Shown: positions 9,399 to 17,550 of the stretch, piece after piece
Layout: the number at the start of each line of letters is the position of its first letter
Position numbering within the stretch: position 1 is the first letter of the stretch
NCBI GenBank assembly: GCA_019662115.1
Contig: JAIFVW010000005.1
Span: 1-49,752, forward strand
DNA length: 49,752 nucleotides
Origin: Candidatus Pacearchaeota archaeon
GTDB taxonomy: Archaea; Nanobdellota; Nanobdellia; Pacearchaeales; GW2011-AR1
Reading direction: 5' to 3'
Position numbers and translations under genes: made by a program
The notes under the pieces: model-generated
Database searches by the model: none
What the model was told of the DNA's origin: nothing
The model's input: only the letters and a program-made list of their open reading frames with translations

Positions 9399-10052
9399 CT
9401 ATGCTTTATAAAGCTTACCCGTTAAAGGAAAGGATTTTACCAAAACAGGAATATTAGAATCCAGGGAAGACTTTCTATAAAGGGCAAGTGAGTCAAAAAA
9501 GAACCTTTCCCCTACATTTTTGCCTATCTCTCTGGAAACGGATTCAAATTTGTTTTTATCTATAGAGGAGATTGTAATATGAGGGATCCATCCTTTTCCG
9601 ATATAAGGGAAACCATATTTATTGATATTATCCTTTTGTTCTGCAGAGAATTTTGAATATGCCTCTGATTGCTCATTGAAGAGTATATTTTTATTCAAGC
9701 TTTTAATTCTTGCAATCACCTTCAATTGTAACTCGCGCAACCTATCGCTGTCAGGCTTGGAAAAACCATAGGTAAAAGTATGGCCTTCTGTTAAGGCATC
9801 ATCATAAAAGACATTCTTGTGATCAAGTGAAATGGAAATCTTAGGTGTTAAAGATGCAATGCTTTTGATAATAGAGAGAACTTCATTTACTTTATTTTTT
9901 TCAAATGATGTTACAATTAATGTTGAATGGGGATGATGAGTAAGGTACTTCTGATCTCCTGCAATCTTATAGACTATCTTCTTTTCAGCAAGAATTCTTT
10001 TCTGCATTCCTTCATCTGGAATCAATGCAATAAAAAAATGCTCAATTTCCAT
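9399..10052 (-). CDS. 2H phosphoesterase superfamily protein (LigT-like)
   Basis: 217 aa with two H-x-T/S-x motifs about 115 aa apart (HPHSTLIV and IPHITISS). It has an 11-nt overlap with the upstream 833-aa fusion gene. Confidence 0.55.
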   Translation of the reverse strand: MEIEHFFIALIPDEGMQKRILAEKKIVYKIAGDQKYLTHHPHSTLIVTSFEKNKVNEVLSIIKSIASLTPKISISLDHKNVFYDDALTEGHTFTYGFSKPDSDRLRELQLKVIARIKSLNKNILFNEQSEAYSKFSAEQKDNINKYGFPYIGKGWIPHITISSIDKNKFESVSREIGKNVGERFFFDSLALYRKSSLDSNIPVLVKSFPLTGKLYKA

Positions 10053-12543
10053 TAATCATCAGCTCACGATAGTTATCGAGAGAGGCGTTGATATAAAGTT
10101 TTCTATCTTTAGTCATTACAAACTTAATTGGCTCGTTATGGCTAATCTTGATCATATGCCATTTGCTTTGAGGTATGCCGAGATACCATCCTATAAAGTT
10201 GCGAATTGGAACATTATGTGTTGAAACAAGAATGCTTTTTCCAGGTATGGAAGGTGTTTCTTTAAGAAAATCTAGGAATCTCTTTAGAACCTCTTGATTA
10301 TTCTCCCCATCTGGAAAATGAGCATCTTCTTCTCTCTTCCATGCCTCGATAATTTTAGGATGATTTTCTATAAGATAGTTAATGTCCTTTCCTTCCGCAT
10401 CTCCATACTTCTGTTCCTTCAATCTATCATCATAAGTTATTTCATTGCTGATTAGAGAGGCAGTATCCTTAGCTCTCCTCATAGGTGAAGAATAAACCTT
10501 GTCTGCTCTAATAGTCTGCAGTTTCTTTGCCTCTCCTTTAGATAGAGCGATAATTGAAGGATCCCTTCCCTGCCCTAAAAACACTCCTGGCTTGTTTTTT
10601 GCAGTTTTGGCATGCCTTAAAAGTACTATTTCTGTAGAATCATCATAAAACATCTTCTTGAATTGCTCTTCGAAGTCTTGAAGAAATGCTTGTACATTCT
10701 TCGTCAGATATTCCTGCTTAAGCTTTCTTCTCTCCCTCTTTGCCTTTAAAAGAATAGAAGCAAAACTTCTGTGTTTATCCTGATTTTTTGGAAAAAGCGT
10801 AAAATACTTCTTGAATAGCTCTTTTACCTCATAGTGGTGATTGCTCTTATAATATAACTTGACAAAATTAGACATTGTAAACTTGATTACTTGATATGCC
10901 CTTTCAACTCTGTCATAATCCTCCATTTTCTTATACTCCTTTATTTCCTCAACATTCTTTCCCTTGAACTCATATCTTCTGTAGGAGGTATGCTCTTTAG
11001 ATATCTCATTTGATAGTTCCTGAACTCCTCTTCTTGAATTAATGAAATTCTCTGGTTCAAGGCGTAAAACTGGATAAATGCTCGCCAATGGCTTTTTGAA
11101 GTAGATTTTAGAGCTTTCCCATCCAAAACAAGTAAAGGGACTTTTCATGACATGCTGTTTATGGGACTCAATATCATAAATCATTAGATGAAATACGATT
11201 CTATCCTTAGGAAATTTAAGAGGTCCAAAAGTGGTGTTAACTACAACCTGATATCCATATGTAGATTCGAGATATTGCCTATGTGATTCAAATCTTTCAA
11301 CAATGCTATCAAACTTCTCTCTTGTCAATTTGTCTACAATAATTACTACATCTATATCATTAATTCCTTTAAGCTTCTTTCCTGTCGCAAATGACCCAAC
11401 AATAGATCCAGATTCAATAAATGTAAATGAATCAAGAGTTGTAGGAATATAATACAATATATCATGCCTTAATCTCTTGCTAATGTCACTATACCTTGCG
11501 CTTGTCTTTAACTCCATAAAGGATTCTACAGGATCATGTGATGCAAGAATACCAGAAGAGGAAACAATATAGTTGGCATCAATCCTTCCTATATTGGTTG
11601 GCTTTACCCCTCCATCAAAAATGATGTCGAAATTATGATTTTTCTGCAGCTTTCTTACTTCTTTTAATAATTCCAAAGATCTAGGATCAAAGAGCTGTCC
11701 AGACTTTCCAATCTCTCTTATCCCCATTACCTGTACAAATGAAAGTTTGCTAAGATAGGGCTCTATTGAGTTTATATCATCCTGCATTGTTAATGCAATG
11801 CCTGCTTTCTTCCCATATTTCTCAATCAAATCAATTACATCTGAAAGAGGTTCATTTAGATTAGGATGAACAATAATGGTATCGACTTTATTATGGATCT
11901 GTTCTATCCATAGAGTAGGAGTTTTTGACATTATATGTATCATCTTTTGAATCCTCCATACTGTGTCAATTCGATCCATAACAGAGAGGTCAACAGGAGA
12001 TGCATCCTTCTTGATTGTAGAGTCGATAATATCAATATGTATGAAATCAGCATAGTTCTTTATTTTTTCATATATCTTTTCAACTGACTCCTCTTTGTTT
12101 AGATAAACTGCAACTCCTACTCTTTTAACGAAATCAAATGTGATTTTTCTGTGAGTGGCATAACTGGCCATAAATACCATTCCGGCTGTAATGAATCTTA
12201 AGGTAGAATAACTAAAAGGAAGGCTTTGGGCTAGAGCCTTAATTAGTACTAGATTAAGAACAAGTGCAATAGTAGAAATAATTAAGAATAATCCAAATGT
12301 TCTTGCGTTCTTGGAAGAAGGAACCTTAAAATTAAGCTTCGCATTTAGGAAAAAGCTCAATAATACTCCTCCAGCAAATCCAATCCCGATTCTAAGCAAT
12401 AAAGGCACTGTACGAGCAGCAAGCTGATTTACTATAATAATTTCAAGAAGTACAGAGAAGAAGCCTATAGCAATATAGTTTAGAAGATATCTAAATCGAT
12501 AATACCAGAAGTGCAATGTCCTTAAATTACCTCGAAATACCAT
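10042..12543 (-). CDS. Four-domain fusion: GtrA-like membrane module / ribulose-phosphate 3-epimerase-like barrel / Pol-beta nucleotidyltransferase / histidine phosphatase
   Basis: 833 aa. Residues ~1-135 form 4 TM helices ending HRKITFDF (GtrA layout; nt ~12139-12543). Residues ~140-345 read ADFIHIDIID, IHIMS, VHPN and DIIFDGGVKPTNIGRI, which parallel the RPE blocks HFDVMD, VHLM and EVDGGVKVNNIGEI (nt ~11509-12126). Residues ~365-470 carry GSIVGSFATGKKLKGINDIDVVIIVD (nt ~11134-11451). Residues ~640-833 carry LLRHAKT...SSPMRRAKDTA...VSTHN (nt ~10045-10626). Confidence 0.6.
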   Translation of the reverse strand: MVFRGNLRTLHFWYYRFRYLLNYIAIGFFSVLLEIIIVNQLAARTVPLLLRIGIGFAGGVLLSFFLNAKLNFKVPSSKNARTFGLFLIISTIALVLNLVLIKALAQSLPFSYSTLRFITAGMVFMASYATHRKITFDFVKRVGVAVYLNKEESVEKIYEKIKNYADFIHIDIIDSTIKKDASPVDLSVMDRIDTVWRIQKMIHIMSKTPTLWIEQIHNKVDTIIVHPNLNEPLSDVIDLIEKYGKKAGIALTMQDDINSIEPYLSKLSFVQVMGIREIGKSGQLFDPRSLELLKEVRKLQKNHNFDIIFDGGVKPTNIGRIDANYIVSSSGILASHDPVESFMELKTSARYSDISKRLRHDILYYIPTTLDSFTFIESGSIVGSFATGKKLKGINDIDVVIIVDKLTREKFDSIVERFESHRQYLESTYGYQVVVNTTFGPLKFPKDRIVFHLMIYDIESHKQHVMKSPFTCFGWESSKIYFKKPLASIYPVLRLEPENFINSRRGVQELSNEISKEHTSYRRYEFKGKNVEEIKEYKKMEDYDRVERAYQVIKFTMSNFVKLYYKSNHHYEVKELFKKYFTLFPKNQDKHRSFASILLKAKRERRKLKQEYLTKNVQAFLQDFEEQFKKMFYDDSTEIVLLRHAKTAKNKPGVFLGQGRDPSIIALSKGEAKKLQTIRADKVYSSPMRRAKDTASLISNEITYDDRLKEQKYGDAEGKDINYLIENHPKIIEAWKREEDAHFPDGENNQEVLKRFLDFLKETPSIPGKSILVSTHNVPIRNFIGWYLGIPQSKWHMIKISHNEPIKFVMTKDRKLYINASLDNYRELMINGN

Positions 12544-12587
12544 GATTTATAGGCTCAGACCCGACTTAAAAAGATTGTTGTACTAAT

Positions 12588-13259
12588 CTACGAAGTGATC
12601 ACAAAAACAATTCCGCCAACACCATATCTTGTTATCTCTTCATATGTAATCTTCTGCGTTTTGGTAAATTCTTCAAATGCAGCTCTTACTCCCTTTTTCT
12701 TGTCCCCAGCATAATTGAAATAATCATCAAGTATCAATACAGTTCCCTTACCAATAATCGGCTTTAGAAAGTTAAATGCCTCTTTTGAGGAAGAGTAGAG
12801 ATCGCAATCCATCATGACAATTGCAGCTTTGGATATACCATGTGCTTTAGCTCCCTTTTTCAGCGTTTCCTGGAAAAAACCTTTTACTAGCTTTACCTCT
12901 GGAAATTCCTTAAACCTATTCCTTATTACAGAAAACTTTGTTGAGAAGTCAAAGGAGGTATAAAATGGGTGTTCATCTCCTTTCTCAGGCTTCATTCCTT
13001 CAAAAGAGTCAAATCCATAGAACTTCATAGGGGTTTTTCCTATTTTTCTCCAGTAAGTTGCAGCTCCCTTCAGGCTTGTTCCTTCATAGACGCCAAATTC
13101 AAGATAGTCTCCCTTTACTCCCTCAATTTCCTTATAGAATAAGAATTTCTTGAGAACGTCATGCTTCTCAAAATTATGTATCATGCTTGGAGATATATAA
13201 GAATTAAACCTTATGTATAGGTCCTGTGCTGCTAGGAAGATCTTATGGAGAAAGTCCAT
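12588..13259 (-). CDS. TylF/macrocin-O-methyltransferase-like SAM-dependent methyltransferase
   Basis: 223 aa. GDYLEFGVYEGTS...FYGFDSFEGMKP...VMMDCDLYSSSKEAFNFL...LILDDY matches the TylF family pattern. A TTTATATA box lies ~25 nt upstream at ~13279-13286 on the minus strand. Confidence 0.7.
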   Translation of the reverse strand: MDFLHKIFLAAQDLYIRFNSYISPSMIHNFEKHDVLKKFLFYKEIEGVKGDYLEFGVYEGTSLKGAATYWRKIGKTPMKFYGFDSFEGMKPEKGDEHPFYTSFDFSTKFSVIRNRFKEFPEVKLVKGFFQETLKKGAKAHGISKAAIVMMDCDLYSSSKEAFNFLKPIIGKGTVLILDDYFNYAGDKKKGVRAAFEEFTKTQKITYEEITRYGVGGIVFVITS

Positions 13260-13289
13260 TGTTTTTCCTGTACTCTACCATATATAAAC

Positions 13290-14849
13290 CTAACTTGAAA
13301 TAATCTTTCTCTTAATAGCCCTAACAATTTCCCAATCATGCCTATCCAAAGACTTAGTGGCAAAAAGAATGCCTACATAAATAACACAAAGTACTATCGC
13401 TATCAAAACCGAGTTAATTATATTAATGCTGATTTTACCATGAATAAATATGACTGCAATGGCACATACAAGTCCAGCGGCCAAGATATTGATCATCTTT
13501 CTTCGCAATGGAAATATTCCGGTATTCTTGTATGCCTCTATTACAAACAAAAGGCTAAAGACACTAACTGAAATCAATGTCGCTATTGCAGCTCCATTAA
13601 TTCCTAAACTATTATCAATAGACCCTATTCTAGGCCTAGGAATTAATGCTATATCAAGAATTATGTTTATTATCCAGGCGACTATGCCATTGGTAAGTAT
13701 TGTTCTAGACTTCCCTAGCGTGTAAATAAGTCGGTTTGATACAGCTGTGAGAGCAGTAATGAGGGTTCCAAGAGTAAGTATTTGAAGTGCAGTTGAGGCC
13801 TTAATATATTCACTTCCCCAAATTGCTAAAATTGTCCTTTCTGGAAAGACAATGATAAATATTACCAAAGGAAGGTTTATCATAAGAATCCATTTAGAAA
13901 CCTGCTTACTTAGCTCCTTAATAACCTCATAGTTTTTCCTTGCATATTCTTTGGTAATAAGAGGGAAGAAGAGCTGCATGAAAAGATCCGGTACTATATT
14001 TAGAAGCATTGCCAAAGGGAGCGCCGCGTTGTAGAGTCCAACTTCTGCTGGGCTCTTGAAGTATCCAAGCATGAATGAGTCTACCCAGTAAAAAGCCATA
14101 TAAACTACGCCAAAAAAGAGCATAGGACCAGAATAGGAAAGAAATTCAGCTCGAAGCCTCTTTCTTTGATTCTTTTCAGGGAATTCTTTGAAGAATATTT
14201 CTGGAAGATAAGCCTTACATGCAAAATAAGATGCAATAAGTATTGCAACTATGGAAAGAACATAAGAATAGATGATCGCACTGCTTGAAACGCTTATTAC
14301 CAATAATAGCAGTATGGCGATCACTTTTACAACATTTTGAAGAATATTAAATATAAAAGAATACCATCCTATCTTTTCATAGGCTCTTAGAAAATCAAGA
14401 AATATGTTTCCTAATATTGAAAGAGGAAGAGCAATACTGAAAACCTTAAGATAAATTATTAAGACTGAGGAATGAAAGATCCCAAGAGCAATACTATCTG
14501 CAAAAACATAAAGCAAAATTCCCGCAATTATGGAGCTTACTGCTGTGGTTGCCAGAGACCAGTATCTAAGGTAGGAAATTTTCTTATTTTCCTTATTTGC
14601 CCTATAGATTGCTACATACCTTACAATTCCTTCATTGAATCCAAAAGTGGCAACAGTGATAAATATGCCAAGCACTGCAACGGCCAGGGAAAATAGGCCG
14701 TATTCTTGTGGACCAAACTGCCGTGCAATTATAATCCTGTAAATATAAGATAATAGCTTTGATAAGACTACTCCTATCAACACAACAAATGATGATTTTG
14801 CGAGTAATTTTAGAGAACTGTCAACATTTGACGAAGTCTTTTTTTGCAT
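13290..14849 (-). CDS. Oligosaccharide/polysaccharide flippase (MOP superfamily, Wzx-like)
   Basis: 519 aa with about 14 hydrophobic helices and the layout of a polysaccharide biosynthesis protein. It is first in the minus-strand operon running 14849 -> 3746. Confidence 0.75.
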   Translation of the reverse strand: MQKKTSSNVDSSLKLLAKSSFVVLIGVVLSKLLSYIYRIIIARQFGPQEYGLFSLAVAVLGIFITVATFGFNEGIVRYVAIYRANKENKKISYLRYWSLATTAVSSIIAGILLYVFADSIALGIFHSSVLIIYLKVFSIALPLSILGNIFLDFLRAYEKIGWYSFIFNILQNVVKVIAILLLLVISVSSSAIIYSYVLSIVAILIASYFACKAYLPEIFFKEFPEKNQRKRLRAEFLSYSGPMLFFGVVYMAFYWVDSFMLGYFKSPAEVGLYNAALPLAMLLNIVPDLFMQLFFPLITKEYARKNYEVIKELSKQVSKWILMINLPLVIFIIVFPERTILAIWGSEYIKASTALQILTLGTLITALTAVSNRLIYTLGKSRTILTNGIVAWIINIILDIALIPRPRIGSIDNSLGINGAAIATLISVSVFSLLFVIEAYKNTGIFPLRRKMINILAAGLVCAIAVIFIHGKISINIINSVLIAIVLCVIYVGILFATKSLDRHDWEIVRAIKRKIISS

Positions 14850-14933
14850 TCTATTAGAGAGAAAGTATGTTTTTATTTGTTACTAATCATCTTATGCAGG
14901 CAACTTTATATACGAACAATACTTGCCTTGCCG

Positions 14934-16748
14934 ATGGCTGAAGAGCAAAAAAAAGAAACTTCAAACTATCTAAACTCTTTTATAGATTTCATTTTTTCAG
15001 ATGATGAAAGAAGATGGCTTATTTTGATATTTATCTTTGGATTCATTCTAAGATTTATAGCAGTTATGAATAATTCTCCTGTGGCTGACGAAATGGTTCA
15101 TGGAAGCCATGCTCTTGGTATATCAACACTGCGTCCTCTAAGCACAATTACTCAGGGCCCAATCTGGTTTTACTTAACTGACATATCATACAGAATATTT
15201 GGTGTTCATCTATGGAGTGGAAGAGGACTTTCATTATTATTTGGATCTTTTTCAATACTTCTTGTCTATCTTGTTTCACATTTATTTTTTGACAAGAAGG
15301 TTTCTCTGGTGGCCGCATTCTTGTTTGCAATATCCCCTTTTCAGATAATGTGGGCTAGGATATATATGGACGAGTCCTTATTGTTTTTTATCCTTTTAGC
15401 GACGTATTTGTTCCTTCGGGATTACAGGACAAAGGGATATATTACTCCATTAAGTGCCTTGTTCCTTGGGATAGGTATATTGATAAAAATAATATCAGGA
15501 GTCTTTATCATAGTATTTTCACTCTTTGTCCTGATCAATATCTACAACAATAGAAAAGACAATAAATTGTTCAAAAAGAGCATTAAGAATGCAGTTTACT
15601 TCTTTATCATAATACTTATTTCACTAATTCCATTGCTGGCGTACAATTACTTCCTTTACAAGTCAAAGGGAATACTTGATCTTCCATTTGCAATGTACTT
15701 AGGGGTAAATACTCAAGTCTATCAAGGCTCAGGACTGGCTCACGGATCTGGCTTCCCTATAGGGCAGCTTCCAGGCAATCTCAAGGTAATATTATTCGAC
15801 TATTTCATAAAAGATGAATTAATCCTTTTCATACTTTTCATCCTAGGGCTAATTATTTTTATAAGGGAAATAAAGAAAAATGCATTTGAGAAGGCGTTTA
15901 TATTGACATTGTTTGGATTCTCTCTTATAGCTATCGCCGCATCCATTCTTCTCAATACGCATTATACATATTTCGTAGCTATTTTTGCCATGATTGGAGC
16001 TCCAGTCATACCTTTAATTGCAAGGAAAATCAGCGCAAGGCATGTGAAAAATACAGTTATAGTGATTCTTATAGCTATAGCGATTTTCAATATTTATCAT
16101 ATGTGGGACGTTCTATCAAGCAAGAGCGCAACAGAGAAATTAAGGGATTTTGCAATATCAAATATAAAGGACACTGACCTTGTGATAGTCGACTCTAGAA
16201 TATACAGAGGAAACACCGCATGGATGTTCAACGATAAAGCATATTTAGATGCAAGTATTCTCTCTAGCGCTATTCAATATCTTAACAGCCTTAATGGCAC
16301 GGCGGCATCTGTCCATACATATTTTGTTGAATGTGCAATTGATGATTGCGGATGGGGAAACATAAAAGACAGCCCTGATGTAAACAGCTCTATGGAGATG
16401 CTTGTTGACACTTTCAAGAACCTTTCAAAGAACTCTTTCGCAATAAAAGGAGGAGGCAAAGACAGTCAGGAATACGATTCCTCTAAGTTGGACCAATATA
16501 TAGTATATGACACGTATGTTGCTCTCAATCCCCAGATAATATATCTTGCTCAGCAAAATCACAACTTCTTCTTTTATGAGATTCCAAGAAATAAAAATCC
16601 TGAGAAGGCATTTGACTATTACATAGTAGATGGAGCATCCGGAGATCTTTTGAACTTTATAGCCTATACTGTATTATACCTATTGATTGCGCTAGCAGCA
16701 CTCTCACCAATATATGTAATTTACATTCTTTACAAGATCAAACATTAA
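14934..16748 (+). CDS. GT-C glycosyltransferase (ArnT/PMT-like, family 39/83 type)
   Basis: I prefer the ATG at 14934 (MAEEQKKE...) over the track's non-ATG start at 14844, because a CTTTATATA box sits at 14904-14912. The protein is multi-TM, has a first-loop acidic motif PVADEMVHG, and ends in a C-terminal soluble domain plus a final TM helix. Confidence 0.65.
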   Translation: MAEEQKKETSNYLNSFIDFIFSDDERRWLILIFIFGFILRFIAVMNNSPVADEMVHGSHALGISTLRPLSTITQGPIWFYLTDISYRIFGVHLWSGRGLSLLFGSFSILLVYLVSHLFFDKKVSLVAAFLFAISPFQIMWARIYMDESLLFFILLATYLFLRDYRTKGYITPLSALFLGIGILIKIISGVFIIVFSLFVLINIYNNRKDNKLFKKSIKNAVYFFIIILISLIPLLAYNYFLYKSKGILDLPFAMYLGVNTQVYQGSGLAHGSGFPIGQLPGNLKVILFDYFIKDELILFILFILGLIIFIREIKKNAFEKAFILTLFGFSLIAIAASILLNTHYTYFVAIFAMIGAPVIPLIARKISARHVKNTVIVILIAIAIFNIYHMWDVLSSKSATEKLRDFAISNIKDTDLVIVDSRIYRGNTAWMFNDKAYLDASILSSAIQYLNSLNGTAASVHTYFVECAIDDCGWGNIKDSPDVNSSMEMLVDTFKNLSKNSFAIKGGGKDSQEYDSSKLDQYIVYDTYVALNPQIIYLAQQNHNFFFYEIPRNKNPEKAFDYYIVDGASGDLLNFIAYTVLYLLIALAALSPIYVIYILYKIKH

Positions 16749-17550
16749 GATATTCTCTCAGCGCTTCCTTCCAAGATCTTAGGTAAAAAACATTCGAAAC
16801 CATAGCTTCTGAAGCAGATCGTTTAGGGCCTGGAATATCTCTGGCACTTGCAGGCGTAATAACTGATCTTGACCCAGTTAATGATTTAACCTCATTTACA
16901 ATATCTAAAGCTGATGCAGCCCCATCATTTACAATGTGAACTATTCCGCTCATATTTTTTTCAATAGACTCTCTAAGTGCTAAAAAGAAGTCCTTGCTGT
17001 ATGTTGGGGATCCATATTGGTCTGAACTTGCTTTAACATCTTCTCCTTTAGATGTTTTTTCTATCATTATATCAAATCCTCCCTTCCTATCTTTGGTAGA
17101 AAGCCCTCCAAAAAGCCACCCTGTTCTTACAACAAGATTATCAGGTGAGGACCAGCGAGCTACTATCTCTGCAAGATACTTAGTCTGTCCATATATATTT
17201 TGAGGATCTGGATTGGTCACCTCATTGAATTTGTCATGCAAAGATCCATTAAAAACAGCGCCGCTTGAAACTATTATCATCGGAATTTTTGCATCAGTGG
17301 CTTCTTCGGCTATATTATTGATCCCAATAACATTAACTCTATAGGCATGCATTGGGTCTTTCTCACTATCTCTTAGGTTTACTGAGGCAAGATATAGTAT
17401 TCCAGAAGGATTGTATTTTTCAAATGCCCTTTTAATGTGGTCTCTTTTTAGAACGTCAAGTTCATGCCTAGAAACTTTTATTCCAAAAGGAATGTTTCTT
17501 CCAATTAACCCCTCTCCACCACAAATAAGCAAGCGAGAGATGTCAGCCAA
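16738..17550 (-). CDS. NDP-4-keto-sugar reductase (RfbD-like, SDR family)
   Basis: 270 aa. LLICGGEGLIGRNI is the Rossmann motif and YGQTKYLAE is YxxxK. It has an 8-nt overlap with the upstream C-methyltransferase. Confidence 0.65.
   Translation of the reverse strand: MADISRLLICGGEGLIGRNIPFGIKVSRHELDVLKRDHIKRAFEKYNPSGILYLASVNLRDSEKDPMHAYRVNVIGINNIAEEATDAKIPMIIVSSGAVFNGSLHDKFNEVTNPDPQNIYGQTKYLAEIVARWSSPDNLVVRTGWLFGGLSTKDRKGGFDIMIEKTSKGEDVKASSDQYGSPTYSKDFFLALRESIEKNMSGIVHIVNDGAASALDIVNEVKSLTGSRSVITPASARDIPGPKRSASEAMVSNVFYLRSWKEALREYLNV

Noticed and set aside
14844-14933. 5' extension of the GT-C ORF proposed by the ORF track (non-ATG start, MHSIREKV...)
   Set aside because: The extension would cover the divergent promoter region, including a CTTTATATA box at 14904-14912, and would overlap the wzx start. 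The ATG at 14934 sits at canonical leaderless distance from the TATA box.
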